Assembly: GCA_020137815.1 (NCBI GenBank)
Contig: CM035354.1
Coordinates: 7,502,001 to 7,566,000 of the forward strand
Origin: Hormiphora californensis
Taxonomy: Eukaryota > Animalia > Ctenophora
Direction: 5' to 3'
DNA length: 64,000 bases
The translations under genes were made by a program, and so were the position numbers. The number at the start of each line of letters is the position of its first letter. Position 1 is the first letter of the stretch. The notes beneath the pieces were generated by a model, which worked only from the letters and a program-made list of their open reading frames with translations, was not told the DNA's origin and searched no databases. Positions 22,089 to 37,000 of the stretch are shown in pieces.

Positions 22089-24191
22089 ATGAACAAACGT
22101 CAGTCCTCTGTGAAGGAAGAGAGCGCCCTAAAGCAATATGGATCTGTGATAACGTCTACTGACATAATGTTTCAAAAGATTGGAGAATCTCTGGTTAGTT
22201 CAGGTAATTTCTACATAATTTACTTGGATCCAACTAAACACTAATATTAGTACTTCATCCAAGTCCCTTCCAAGGTTTACTATATCTTTTTACCCCGTTT
22301 TTAACAAATCAAAACCCCCTGTGTAGCCGCGTCAGCTAGTGCAGCGAGAGACAAAGCTGATCTGTTCAATGTGTGTTTATCTGACTATGCAAACCGAGAG
22401 AACAAGGCAATACGGGGTGAATTAGTGGACTATTGCGAGTGTCTGAAGGCGGTAGAAGACAAGAAACAGGCAACCCTTACTACTATGACGGTTAGTTAGA
22501 TTTGTATTGTTCATACTATTATTTTTTATTTTATGGGGGGCGCGGGGGAGGTGCAACAGCACAAAGTTAGATATATTATACTTGATATAGGGGAGCTCTT
22601 AAGCCGTGTGTAACAGGAATAGTCCTTGTTTTAGTGGCCTGGGGGCAATCGAGGAGTCCATGTTTCATGTCTGTCTTTATCTGTATGGCGGCGCCATAGC
22701 CCATTTAATTCTCAGATGGGGTCGTGGCGCCAGACAGGTCTTTATTTCAATATTTCATGTCTGTCTTTGTTTCATGTTTGTTGGTATGGTTAGTATGTTT
22801 GTCTGTCTGTGTTTCATGTTTGTCTCTGCAAAATTAGCACTTTCTCCTCGAATCCTCGCATCTGAAGAGGCAATAATTATTCCACACATTCTCCCTCTTT
22901 CTCTCTCTTTCTATCTCTATCTACTATCTCTATTTTCCTCTCTGTCTATTCCACTCTCACTCTTGAAAAAGAGAGTGAGATCTATCTATCCACCTCTTTC
23001 CCTCTCTCTATCTCTCTATCTCTACGTCAGCCACTTTACTCCTACACTCACTCCTGTCACTCCAGGAAAAGCTGAAACCCATATGTGATCGGTGGAAGGC
23101 AATATGTACTGAGGCGCAGGTCTCATTGAAGACACTCTGTACAGCAAGGGATAAAGAAGCGAAGGCAGTGAGGACTTTAGAGAAGACGAAGTGTAAGGAG
23201 GGGAGCAAGAAGGCTGAACAAGTTGCAGCTGATCTGGCAGAGAAACAGGCAGAGGTTGGTAATTTGTAGCTACCTTTGTCCCCACACAACTTGAATTGGG
23301 CTTGCTTTATTTTAAGTAGACATCAGAAAATGTCAGACAATAACTCTAGATAATCCACCCTAGAATTTCGTATACAATTCTGTTGTTGACCGTATCGTTC
23401 ATATCTTTAGTTAGTATACAGTTGTTGAGAGAGCTCTACTACTATGTGTTAAAACTCCCGCCCACATAAGATTGTGTGTGTAGTATTTCGTCCTCAACAT
23501 CAGCTATGTTGCGACTCACACATCGAATCTGCGAAATATGGACCATATATTCGCTGTGAGACGATCTCTCTGTCTCACGGACCATATTATATGGGCCGTG
23601 TGAGAGAGATAGAAACTCGTTCACATTCACAGCTTTTTGTAAATATGAATAAAATGTGTAAATTTAGAGGCTGTTTTATCATAATTTCTGAAATTCAGAA
23701 AAGCCACAATTATCTTGAAATATTATTGGTATTCCTGACAATTAAAATACCTCTTTTCAGTTAGCACGGAAAACCGGAGAGATTACTGGGCTAATGCAGC
23801 AGTTTCACTCTCAAAAACTTGGGGATCTAAAGTTACTTCTCTCTACCTATTCCCACATACAGATGCTGAGCCATGCTAGGGCACTTGAGTTCTACACTCG
23901 ATCATATCAGGTACAACACACGTTCCATGGGGGTCACAGTTTGTGAGAAAAATTGCTTCTTTCCGGCCCCAAACTCGACCGTATCGATATAGCCATACAG
24001 TTTCGAGTCGTGTAACCGAAGTAGGACCAACCCAACCAAATGTTCCTCTCTATTAGGACATGGTGGATATAAATCTGGAGGAATACGTTGAAACTATCAT
24101 GAGTGAAACAATGCCGTTATCTATATCTCAATCAACCCCAGCTCTTGCTACGCCAAACCAAAGCATCGACCAATTAAACGTCACCAAGTGA
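22089..24191 (+). CDS. FAM92: FAM92/CIBAR-like BAR-domain ciliary protein, 5 coding exons (22089-22203, 22327-22490, 23067-23254 approx., 23761-23910, 24057-24191)
   Basis: Spliced translation contains RDKADL, LKTLCTARDKEAKAVRTLEKT and FHSQKLGDLK..IQMLSHARALEFYTRSYQ, matching remembered FAM92A motifs (RDKADL, TARNREAK, HGKALEVYT). Exon phases are consistent. Confidence 0.8.
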
Positions 24192-24805
24192 AGGATGCTT
24201 ATGAACTAAAATTATTATTAGGGTGTTCAATTTTATCTTCTGACAAAAATCCGATTATGAACAACGAGAACAATGTATGTCTCATGTTTTGTACATAGCA
24301 TGAATATTTATGGTTTATTGTAATTTACTTATTTATGAGTGCATGATGTGCATTGAGATAGCAGCATGTACATTTATTATAACCAAACTATTTGCCCATT
24401 GTGAGTCGAGGAATTGTTTCAATTTTCCTCTCTTGGTTTCCGGTCGACTGCAGAACTCCCTATAACTGCTTCAAACTGCACAAGGAACGCGCGCGTTTCT
24501 GTATGTGTGAAAAGTGACCAATGTCAGCATCGAGTTTAGTTTATGTAAAACTCAAATTTACATGTGCAGGCATTCCCGATGCGCCTAGGTCGGGTCAGCA
24601 CCACCAGAAAACGCAAACCAATCTTTAACAGGCTCAAATGTCAATTAATTATGCATGATGTAACTTTTCTTGACGTCATATGAGCATCAGTATGTTTTGT
24701 CACGCGCAATTATAACGCCGCGCATTAAAATTAGCTGCGCGGCAGATCACCGCGCGCGATGTTTCTCCCTCGCGTTTTATTTTTGCCCGAAAATGAAACC
24801 AGGTA

Positions 24806-25027
24806 AAGTCGGATTTTTTGAAACTGTCACCCCCCTGAAATAACAAAATTTGCCATATCTCCGGTTCCTGATAAGATAGAGACTTGAAATTTGGAGGTTC
24901 GGAAGAACTTGGCAAGATCTTCGTAACCTCCAAATTTCAAGTCTCTATCTCGTCAGGAACCGGATTTATGGTTATTTACGAAATTTGAAAATACCCAGGG
25001 GGGTGACAGTTTCAAAAAATCCGACTT
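24806..25027. mobile_element. MITE, AAGTCGG family
   Basis: TA|AAGTCGGATTTTTTGAAACTGTCACCCCC...GGGGGTGACAGTTTCAAAAAATCCGACTT|TA. Confidence 0.9.
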
Positions 25028-25029
25028 TA

Positions 25030-25242
25030 AAGTCCATTTTTTTTCAACTGTTCACCCAAAAACTTGGCAAACGTTGCTGGCCACGCGCAGCGCGGGATAA
25101 GGCAGCGCTTTTCAACCCAAAAACTGAAATTTAATAAAAATTAGAATTTGGGTGGCGCGCGCTATACGTTAACATGTGATAAACGCGCAAAACAATTCCG
25201 CGCACGACTTTGGGGGGTGAACAGTTGAAAAAAAATGGAGTA
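25030..25242. mobile_element. Related MITE directly abutting the previous one
   Basis: TIRs TCCATTTTTTTTCAACTGTTCACCC / GGGTGAACAGTTGAAAAAAAATGGA. Confidence 0.75.
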
Positions 25243-25471
25243 TAAGGCCACTCTTTAAAACTGAGAAAACCGAGCTTTTTTTCTTTCTGTTTTCCAATTT
25301 TTAAGGCTTAAAGGAAGTAGGAACGTGAAGGATATGTCTACAAGCGCATTTTTGACGTTTGGTGAACTGAAATGAGTTTAAACCAATTTTTCACTAATTT
25401 ACGGTCATTGCTTGCAATGAGATCGCTGAAAACTGAAAAGCCTACTGTGATAGAGGGGCCTAACGCTGTAA

Positions 25472-25641
25472 GGGGAAACTCTAACTGAATGGCATCCCAT
25501 TAATGGGATCCCATCAACAGTAAAACTCTAACTGATAATGGACTATACAGAGAAAGAACCATCACTGTGGTCCATTATCAGTTAGAGTTTTACTGTTGAT
25601 GGGATCCCATTAATGGGATGCCATTCAGTTAGAGTTTCCCC
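25472..25641. mobile_element. PIF/Harbinger (Tourist-like) hairpin MITE ~65 bp upstream of the RNF207 ATG
   Basis: Perfect ~70-bp arms starting GGGGAAAC, with TAA on both flanks. Confidence 0.8.
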
Positions 25642-25704
25642 TAACGTATCACGTATGTTAATGTTTTAGCCATGAATTGAGCGTTTCTGACGACAGCTCC
25701 CAAA

Positions 25705-28700
25705 ATGACATCACCCAGCTCAAAAGATCCTACTTCGCTGTCAGCTGTGACCTGTCCCTCGTGCTCAAACCCATACGAGGAACCTCGTCTACTGCCCTGC
25801 CTCCATTCAATATGCGTAAAGTGCCTCGAACGAGATAAGACAAGGTGGGCAGGATCTTTAGGAACTTCCAGCTTCCGAGTTTAATTTGCCTTAATTCATG
25901 TTTTACCACAAAATTCCCCGTTCTACAGGTGTCCAGTGTGCCAAAGTGCGGTACCACCACTTCCAGATATCCCTGGAGACGTGTTGATAGAGTTTCTGAT
26001 GTCAAACAGGCAATCTCTGGTGGGTGTAGCATGTGCAAACTGTGATAATAGTCACCCTGTGGAGAGGATGCTCTTCTGTAACACCTTGCAGGTAGAATAA
26101 CTATACTAGTTACTAGACTCAAATACATTATACAAATAAGTAGAACGGAACTTACAAAACTTAAGCACGAATACAGGATTCTTAAGCACATGATAACATA
26201 TTATATTTAGTGTAATTACCTCTGTGTTTATCCCCAGCCAGCCCCTGTGTATTGAGTGTAGGGACGCAACACATGCTGCGAAGATGTTTGCTAGACACGA
26301 TGTGGTGGACATCGTTTCCAAGAGGCTGAACAAGCAACGCCTCTGTACCATACACAATGAGCCCTTTATCATGTACAATGCAGAGGACAAGGTAAGGGGC
26401 TTATTTTATATTCCCTGCACATGGACAATACAAGGTGTCTAGTTTCCATTGAGTAAACAGGATATGGGGTCATGTATACATTTTGTAAAGAAGATGAATA
26501 TGTATACAACTACATATTTGGTATGTAACATAACCTCACTTTATCTCATGCCTCCCTCCCTTTTTAGTCGCTACTGTGTATCAGCTGTTTCCGAGAGATA
26601 GGCCTCTCCAAGAGATCACACTGTCTGGATATAGAGTCTGCTTACTCAACAGTACAGGGTGCCTTAGGGAAGTCCATAGAGTATACGAGGGGCACCTTGG
26701 GCTCCCTAAGTGACCTTTTAGCTGAGATTAAAGCTCTTATCGCTCATACAAAGGACCTGTCTGACAAGGTAACATACACTTCAGGGGGATATTTAGACCT
26801 TTGACTGTGTAATAATTACAATCGGCTAATTAAGTTTCCTCCCAGAGATCGGAGGATATTTCCAGTACCTACTCGAGTATAATCCAAGCAGCTGAGGTGT
26901 GCAGAGATCGCCTGAGTGCTGAAAACAGGGAGTGTAGTGATAGGACCTTACAGTCATTAAGGGACAAGCACACCGCACTGGAGTGCCTGCTGCCAGTCCT
27001 GCAGAATAATCTCCATGCGGCTGATCTCTTTCAGGGGCTATCTGATAGGTGAATAATATTATATACAGTGGGTAAATTGCTGTAATGTATACACGGGGTT
27101 GTAACTCTTGTGTTGCAAGTCTATACTCATTATTCACGTCTTGCGTGCATGTGTTTTTTTCAGTTGTTTCCACCTCTTTGGGAACAGCCCATTATTATTA
27201 CGTATCCAAGAGTTGAGGGGTTGGATGTGCTGAAACATGCTTAGTTATTCTTGAGCAACCATCATCTCTTTCTATAAATATGCATGAAAGTTGTCTAGAT
27301 TAATTAATGAGCCATCCTGTCCTTGGTCGGTATATTCTGTGAAATGGTGATTGCAAAGATAGAGCATATTTCGTTTTCTCTCTCTCCCCCCCTCTCTCTT
27401 TCTATCTATCTCTCTATCTATCTCTCTATCTATCTCTCATCTCTCTCTCCTCTCTATCCCTCTCTCTCCCTCCTTCTACCGCTTTGTTGTGAGGGTGTGG
27501 CTAATTACAGCCATTTGCATAGTAACTTAAGGGTACGCTAACCAAAAATTTTTTTCGAGTGCAGGGAAATCTCTCACCGTAGGGTTGTAGGCCATGCCAA
27601 GGAGACCTCAAATATGCAATTTGAGCTCTCAAGTCGAATTCATATTTTTGCTACAGCTGTTTAAAAAATGTCCTGTAAATACGTTTTTGGCATCTCAAAA
27701 AAATTTTTTTAAAGATAGGAGCATGAAAATTTGGGGATTTGAAGAGGACATGAAGGTGAATAACCACAAAAAATTTTTTTGCAATCCGAGCTGATTTCCG
27801 GTCCTGAGATGGATTTCTTTTTTTCCACTTTAACGCCCTATTTGGCAAAGTTCCGAAAACATGTGAAAGCTGTAAATTGGTGAGAAGTTGCGTCTAACGA
27901 TTATCTAAGTGGCCATAAATTTTGGGCGTGTCCTTATTTGAGATAAGCTGTACAGAGTTTTTTTTGTGAAAGCCGTCAATTCAGAAATAAATAAATTCCC
28001 TGTATCTCAAAAACGGCTGATCGTAGAGACCTGAGACTATGCTTAAACGATTCAGAAGGTCCGATTTTGGGGGGGTCTTCTGAGAGACATTTTGCTCCTA
28101 CTTCAACCGTTTTTGCTGTAATTGCGAAAAACAAATTCTATGAAAAGGGCAAAAGCTAAACTCCAATATCCTGTAATTAGGGAATTTTAGCTAAGAAAGG
28201 ACCGAAACTATGGAAAAATGTGTAACAAGCTAATTCCTTCACTATTTGGTCCATATGGGTCCCTATAATCACCAAAAACAAAATCACAAAAAATCCACGA
28301 TGGCGAAGATGGGTTTTTGTTTTTCGCAATTACAGCAAAAACGGTTGAAGTAGGAGCAAAATGTCTCTCAGAAGACCCCCCCAAAATCGGACCTTCTGAA
28401 TCGTTTAAGCATAGTCTCAGGTCTCTACGATCAGCCGTTTTTGAGATACAGGGAATTTATTTATTTCTGAATTGACGGCTTTCACAAAAAAAACTCTGTA
28501 CAGCTTATCTCAAATAAGGACACGCCCAAAATTTATGGCCACTTAGATAATCGTTAGACGCAACTTCTCACCAATTTACAGCTTTCACATGTTTTCGGAA
28601 CTTTGCCAAATAGGGCGTTAAAGTGGAAAAAAAGAAATCCATCTCAGGACCGGAAATCAGCTCGGATTGCAAAAAAATTTTTTGTGGTTATTCACCTTCA

Positions 28701-30981
28701 TGTCCTCTTCAAATCCCCAAATTTTCATGCTCCTATCTTTAAAAAAATTTTTTTGAGATGCCAAAAACGTATTTACAGGACATTTTTTAAACAGCTGTAG
28801 CAAAAATATGAATTCGACTTGAGAGCTCAAATTGCATATTTGAGGTCTCCTTGGCATGGCCTACAACCCTACGGTGAGAGATTTCCCTGCACTCGAAAAA
28901 AATTTTTGGTTAGCGTACCCTTAAACATTAGTACATAAGCATTAGTACATGCCTCACTAATATAATAGTTCATGGCAAACATACTACTGCAGCTGGGATA
29001 GCAGCTGTAACCTAGGTCTGCCTTCATACTTTGCGTGTACGTGTGTGCCACGCTACGTGTGTAAGTGCATCGTATTGCGAGTTACAACTAAGTTAAGTAT
29101 GTCTCTCTCTCTAGCTGTCTCTCTCTGTCTCTCTCTCTCTTTTGGCCGGGCACAAGAATTTTATGCCTGACCGGGGAAAAGTGCAAGTTATGATATGATA
29201 ATGATGGAGCAATGAAATGAGAGGGTTCTTTCCATTGTGTGCCATATTCCCATTTCCCACCCATTGTGATTTCATACATTTTAGCTCTCTCCCAGACCTA
29301 TTTCCCACGACTTTTCCCACACTTATAGTTTACACTGGGGGTGTTCTCTCCCTATAGTTAAAGTAACAATCTCCCTTTTCCAGGTTTGACTTGGTGGAAC
29401 TGGGTACCTATGTGATAGAAAGACTGCAGTCCCTTACTGGGAAAGTAACACAGCTTCAGTCCATACAAACCACCACAGACGAGTAAGTGGTCTGTCTCTT
29501 GAAATCATTTCTGCAATGTTGAACTGTGAATTTCACTATCCCACGGCCCATTATTTATTTCACATTGTTGTAGGAAAGCAGTCAACTAAATTCATCCTAT
29601 ATTTTGCAGTTTGGTTGACTGTCGAAAGGATTTTACCGAATGTTTGGGGTTGACACTAGCTGACAAGAAGCTGCCCAACGCGGACAAGCTCCATGATAGT
29701 ATACGAGCTGAGCTGATTGCATACCACAGAGGAATATCTAGAAGGTACCACTATTTTTTTGTTTACAATTACCAACACAATACAGTCGGACCTCGACTTT
29801 ACCGGGATGCACGGAGTAAAGGATTTTGCCTGGTAAAAAGAGATGCCCGGTAAATCGGGGTTCGACAATATTTTCTTCTTGTGGTAAACATCACAACAAT
29901 AATACCAGTGATATTTGATTGGATATTCCCAGAATTCTCAGTACAGATTAGAAATAGAGAATTAAAAGTACAGGTGTAGGTACTTAGATTAGAAATAGAG
30001 AAATCTCACCCTCTCACTCTAGCTTCTTCATCGACCTCTATATTTCTCTCTCGCTCTCACCCCCTACTAGTGCGGGACCCGGTTCGATGTACTCTAAGCA
30101 GTTGGAACACGAAGCAGTTAGAATTGATGAGTTACAAAGATGTCTCAATACCTACAAAGACCAGGTATTTTAATAATTTACTAATTAGTTGATTATTTAG
30201 TTGGTAGTCATCTAGCTCAGACCCCTCAGGCCTCAGGGAACAGCTAATCCTAATATCTTCCCAGACCCAGCTCAGGGAACTAACTACAGCTAATCCTAAT
30301 ATCCCAGGTCCAGGAGCTGCACAGGGATATAACCATTAGGAAGAGTTCAGCAGGTGCAAGTAAAACACCAGAACTAACTAAAAGTTGTGAGTTGCTGCTC
30401 TCCAGTATCACTGCCGAGACGACTGAGTTGAAGCAGTTACAGCCTCTGTTGGAGACTAGCTGGAAGGAAACACTAAACAGTGTAGTCAAACAACAGGTAC
30501 ACACTGTATAGTATCTCCCATGATGCGTATCGCGGGGGGGGGGGGGGGTCTTGTTTAGAGGGGCAGGGGTAATTTAGTTAGGCCTTGGTAATGAAATTAT
30601 CTGGTACTTGATCTGTCGTTTACACGTGTCCCATATTAAAACAGCTACACTGAATACATCACGTTTCTTCTATTGTTGTGGTTGTAAATGGCATGGTGGA
30701 CCTGTCGTAGTGTCGTGTTGCCTGAATCTTGCTTCGCCCATCTTCTCAAACGTGCATTTTGTGCTTTGTGAAGTTACCAATATTATTTTGGGAAGGGGTG
30801 AAAAAGTCCACCGTTTGTACACAATCGAGTACCACACACCACACATAGCCTAACCCGCTCTTGAACTTCATTTTAATTGGCAAAGTTTGTCGTTGTGTCG
30901 TGCTTGCTGACATGAACATCATTGTCTCTCGTCCTATTGTTGTGCCAATACAGAATGTGTATAGAGAGAGAGAGATAGATT

Positions 30982-31018
<37 letters not shown>

Positions 31019-32566
31019 AAAAGAAGAGGAGAGAGAGATGAGAGTAGAGCGATGAGGCTACTCTCTCCTAGCTCATCTCGCTCTCTCTGCTAATTGTAGG
31101 GGATATTGTATTGTGTGAGAATGCTTCTGTTACTTTCTAAAGCAGATGAGACCAAGTAGTAGAGTCGATAAGAACACTCACCTCCTCCGATTTCAGTAAA
31201 ACTTCTCACATGCTAAAATATGATAATGGAGGTACAAATACCGCTTATTTTAGGTCCAAAAAGTTTTTGGTTCGTTAATTATCGCTAATTGAAAAACGCC
31301 AAAAATGGGCTAAAATGGCCCTTAAGGTGGATTTGAAATTTTGGAGTTGGAACTCCAGACTTCGTACAGGTGTCCGCTAGGATGCCAATATGCACCACAG
31401 GCGGGCTCAGGCCTAAATTCGTCCGAATTTTTGCGTAAGACCGGATGGCGTAAATCTTGGTCACGTGACCTCGGCTAACTTCTGAACCGCTCAAGTAAGG
31501 GATGTTTATAACCTGCTTAATCGATGCAGAATATGATGAAAATGACACGTTTTGACATCATTTTTCATCCCAGACGCACAGGAAAGACACAAATCGCCTT
31601 ACAAAATTGACGCCATCTAGTCTCCCGCTCTTTTTTTGCAAAACTCTAACTTCTGAACCGTTGAAGTAAGGGAGGTTCATAGCCTGCTTAATCGATGCAG
31701 AAAGAAAAATAAATGAGAGGAAATGGCCTTATTTTTCATCTCCGGCGTGCAGGAAAGGCACAAATAGCAAAAAAATGATTTTTTGCCCAAATCACGTGAC
31801 CAAAATTCACGCCATCCGGCCTTACGCAAAAATTCGGACGAATTTAGGCCTGAGCCCGCCTGTGGTGCATATTGGCATCCTAGCGGACACCTGTACGAAG
31901 TCTGGAGTTCCAACTCCAAAATTTCAAATCCACCTTAAGGGCCATTTTAGCCCATTTTTGGCGTTTTTCAATTAGCGATAATTAACGAACCAAAAGTTTT
32001 TCGGACCTAAAATAAGCGGTATTTGTACCTCCATTATCATATGTTAGCATGTGAGAAGTTTCACTGAAATCGGAGGAGGTGAGTGTTCTTATCGACTCTA
32101 CTAAAGTGAGTGACGAGTGTAACACGGGGTATGCCACATGATAGTACAACTATCCTATCGATGTATATTTCTCTCTCTTTTCTCTCTCTTTTCTCTATCT
32201 TTCTCTTTCTAGTCTCTCTTTTCTCTCTCTATTCTCCTGTCTTTCTCTCTAGTCTCTCTCCCTCTCAGTATATCGCCATTACTACCTGCTCCCTACTACT
32301 GCGGTGTATGAGATTAGCCGACACAGCGTCAAATTACAAATGATAAAGAGAGAGTGAGAGAGAGAGAGTGAGAGAGTGTGTGACGTGTCAGGTATAATGA
32401 CGGGTATGAATCATAAAATGATGAAGGATATATATGATGAAGGGTAGGAGAGAGAGAGAGGTTAGAGAGTGGTATCATAGTAATAGTTATGACAACTTAT
32501 ACGACATGTCTAGGAAATGAAGTATTGAAGTGGTCAGTTCACCATGGGGCAGAGAGCGAGGGAGTC

Positions 32567-32641
<75 letters not shown>

Positions 32642-33968
32642 TGAGTCAGGGAGAGATAGCGAGGGAGTCAGGGAGAGACTAGAGAGAGAAAGAGAGAGAT
32701 AGCGAGGGACAGAGAAAGAGCATTATATGTGGGTACATAATTGGTGCAATATAAAGCAGATGCTGTAAGAGAGGAGGAGCAGATGCCCCCCATCCCACAT
32801 TAAATACACTCCCTCCAGCACATTACACACTGCATGGGGGGGGGGTGATATGCCATCCACCGTCCAATGCTGTGTAGCAGCAGGTGCTATAGAGTCGTTA
32901 TATCCTCCCTTTTCCTCCTCACCAGTATCCCGTAATTCTTGGTTTATTGTCCGGGGAAAGGAGAGCTGGTGCTACTGTATTGTATTTCCTATATAGTCGC
33001 TCCTAACTGTACTCACTACTCACCCTCCTCTCTCTTTTTAACTACCAACTACTGTAATACCAACAACTCTTTTCACTTCAGGAGCGGTACAAAGACCGGA
33101 TGTCGGTGGTGGAGAAGATGCGTGCAGAAACCCAATACCTGATTACCCTCGTGAAACAGCTGACTCCCTTCATCCATAACTACAAGGCCGTATCCGCTAA
33201 AATTCATCCTAATCTTGGGGGATCTAGTGGATCTTTCAACCAGTCAAGAAACGGGCAAAGTGTGGATAGCATGAGTCAGGTACATAAAGTCGGATTTTTT
33301 GAAACTGTCACCCCCCTTTTCGTGCGTGGAATGTTTTTGCGCATCACATGTTAACGTGTGGTGTGCGCGTCAAAATTGATACATTTCACATGCGCGGTCA
33401 TTTGGGGGTGACAGTTTCAAAAAATCCGACTTTACATTATGTAGTAGTTCTCACGTAGTTGTCACACCCTAGACTACCCACCAAATATTATGGGTTCTAG
33501 TTTTTCACAGACTCTGAACTCTTACTCCTCTCTCTATCTCTAACTCTTTCTCTCCCAATCTTTCTCACTTATCCACCGGGGTAGAGTTAGGGTGGGGGTT
33601 AGGGTTCCTTAGGCTAGGTGGAAAGTGCCACAGCCTGTGGTACAGTGCCACAGGCTGTGGTACTGACCATCTACACAAAGTTTGGCACAACATGCAAGTC
33701 AACTCAGCCAGCACCTTACCGCAGCTAAATGCGTACATCACAAGCCACTCATCCACGTCACCTACCCGGCCTTTTCTTCCGGTCACCACTTACCCTGGAG
33801 AGAGGAGTACCGAACCCACATTTGCGCCTGGGGATTTCCGGGGGGGGGGGGGGGGTATCATCCAGACTGGGCGGGTTTGCGTCTTAGCTTAGGCCGAGGG
33901 TATTGGTGATTGGTAGTCGTTTCCCGCAAAAGTGGATCCGGTCGGTAGTCCTCTCCTTCTGCCCCCCC

Positions 33969-34031
<63 letters not shown>

Positions 34032-37000
34032 TCTCACTCCCTCTCTCACTCTCTATCTCTTTCTCACTCACTCTCTCTCGCTATGGACAGTCTGTCGATA
34101 GGAGCCAGCCGGGATTATTTCTTTATATGCATGGTGTATATCGAATGTATCCCTTTCTCTATCTATCTTAATCTATCTCTCTCTCTCTCTCCTTTTCTAT
34201 ATATCTTTACCCTTGAGCTTAACCATTTTTCAAGAACACTATCAAATTGCACGATCTGCACACGGCGTTCATTCCCGTCTCACACACGAACATATACATG
34301 CTTGCTCACGAACATTTGACCCCGCTTCCACACCCTGCTTTTCAACTAGTCTCTAGGGTGTCGTCATATGCTACGCCAAGAAGTATAATTGACTATATAC
34401 TGCTAGTCTAACTTTCCGTGATTGGTCAAAAAGACATAGAGCACCAGAGATTGGGTGCTTGTAGTATACGGAAGTCCGAGGTCAATTAAATGGCTGCAGA
34501 GATGATATCTGTCAAACTCCACCTCACATGTATGTTGTATGTTCGCAAAAGGCAAGCTTCCCCTCGTCCGACCCGAAGTTGGAATCATATGGGTTTAGTT
34601 TGTCGAACCGGCAAGTTGCTAACATATTTCAAATCTTCACTACTTCTCAAATGATCTAATCCCATACATTCAGTCTAATACCAAAATAAAACTGTAAATC
34701 CTATTATATTAAAAATAGAGACAAAAATAATGGCACCAAAATGTGAAATGCCCTTGTAGTTAGTGGGAGCAGAACAAAATCAATTTCCTATCTCACCACG
34801 TTAATAAATAATTAATTAAGTTAATGCTCTTATTTGTTTTAGAGGTGCTCAAATTTGAACTAAAGGTGGAGTTTATAGCAAGAAAGGGCTATTTTACGGC
34901 AAATTCCCTGGTTGCTATGGTAACCAAATCCGTTGTCATGGTAAATCAATCGAACTCTTTCAAGTTCTACCGCCAGCCACTGGATGAAATTTATCCATTT
35001 CATTGTACACAATGCACAGGCTTTTGTTACGAAGTTACCCCTTGCCAGCGCACGCGCAAAGGTCGCCCGGCGACAGAGTGTGAGGTGTCCTCGATACCGA
35101 GCACAGGCTTGTGTAACAAAAAGGGGCATTTTTATAGCTTATTGTTCATCATAACCTGAAATAAATATTTTTCATTACTTTCACAAAGGCTCAAAGTTTG
35201 AATATCAAATTTGCCAAAACTGTGTAGTGGCAAATTGGTGCAGGGGCAAAAGTTTTAATTGATTATTATTAATTTATTAATTAGAAAATCAAAAATCCGG
35301 CTCCGTTATGACTCGTAGTTATACTACTAGAACATACATACAAAGTTTCATTTCGAAATTTCAAACGGTGTGGCCACAGTTTGAATATCAAAGTTGCAAA
35401 AATTGTGCAGGGGCAAACAAAATTGTGCAGGGGCAAAAGTTTTAATTACTTATAATTAATTAATTAATTAAAAAATCAGAAATCCGGCTCTTTTATGACT
35501 CGTAGTTATACCACTAGAACATGCATGCAAAGTCTCATTTCGAAATATCAAACGGTGTGGCCACAGTTCGAATATCAAATTTACCGAAAATGTGCAGGGG
35601 CAACATTTGCCACAAATGTACAGGGGCAAAATGTGCAGGGGCAAAATTTTAATTGCTTATAATTAATTGGATAATTAATTTTGACTATTCCCACTTTTTG
35701 TCGATCTTTCTATATGCATGAACTACATTACTACAAAATGTTAGGTCGTTATTTATAGCAGAACAGAAAATATACCATTTTTAGTTGCCTTGTTCAGGAA
35801 ATGTGCAGGGGGTCGAAATCAGCGGTGCAGGGGAAAGATGGTGCAGGGGCAAAATTTTAATTACTTATAATTAATTAGTTAAATTAAAAATAAGAAATCC
35901 AGCCTTTTTATGACTCGTAGTTATACTACTAGAACATGCATACAAAGTTTCATTTCGAAAAAACAAACGGTTTGGCCACAGTTTGAATATCAAAATTGCA
36001 AAAAATGTGCAGGGGTATTTGCCCCTGTACATTTTCAAAAAAAGTGCAGGGGGCCCTAAAAAAGTCCATTTTTGCATGCCTATAACTAATTAATTAATTA
36101 ATTTTCAATACTCCCACTTTTCGAATATCATTTTTTATGATTGAAGAACATTCCTACAAAGTTTCAAGTCGATATTTCAAGCAGAACGGAAGATAAACCG
36201 TGTGCAGGGGCACGCGTGCAGGGGCAAAAAATCAAAATGTACAGGGGCAATGTGCAGGGGCAAATTTTGATAGCTTATAATTAATTAATTAATTAAAAAA
36301 TCAAAAATCCGGCCACGTTATGACACGTAGTTATACTACTAGAACATGCCTACAAAATTTCAGGTCGATATCTCAAACGATGTGGCCGCAATCGCTGCCT
36401 GAAATTTGCCCCCCCCCCCCCCCCCCCGAAAATCTTCTATTCTTTGTATATATGTTCGCAAAAGGCAAGCTTCCCCTCGTCCGACCCGAAGTTGCTAACA
36501 TACAGTCCGATATTTAATAATGGGAACCGGGGGGCGCATTAAACAAAATTCGATTTGACAAATATTCGTTTCTCGGTTCAGGATCTAATGGCACACTTTG
36601 TTTCGATTGTTAAAGTCCATTTATTTTTCACCCAAAAACTTAAATTTAAAACTTTTGTGGCGTGCGCTACACGTTAACTATATTGTTTATAGCAAGAAAG
36701 GACTATTTTACAACGAATTCCCTGGTTACTATGGTAACCAACTCCGTTGTCATGGTAAATTAATCGAACTCTATCGAGTCTATCGCCAGCAACTGTATGA
36801 AACTTTCACAAAGGCTCAAAGTTTGAATATCAAATTTGCCAAAACTGTGCAGGGGCAAAAGTTTTAATTGATTATTATTAATTTATTAATTAGAAAATCA
36901 AAAATCCGGCTCCGTTATGACTCGTAGTTATACTACTAGAACATACATACACAGTTTCATTTCGAAATTTCAAACGGTTTGGCCACAGTTTAAATATCAA

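Noticed and set aside
27594-28857. Short duplicated ORFs in foldbacks and in the 35-39 kb array
   Set aside because: Mirror or repeat ORFs with no transposase or other motifs.
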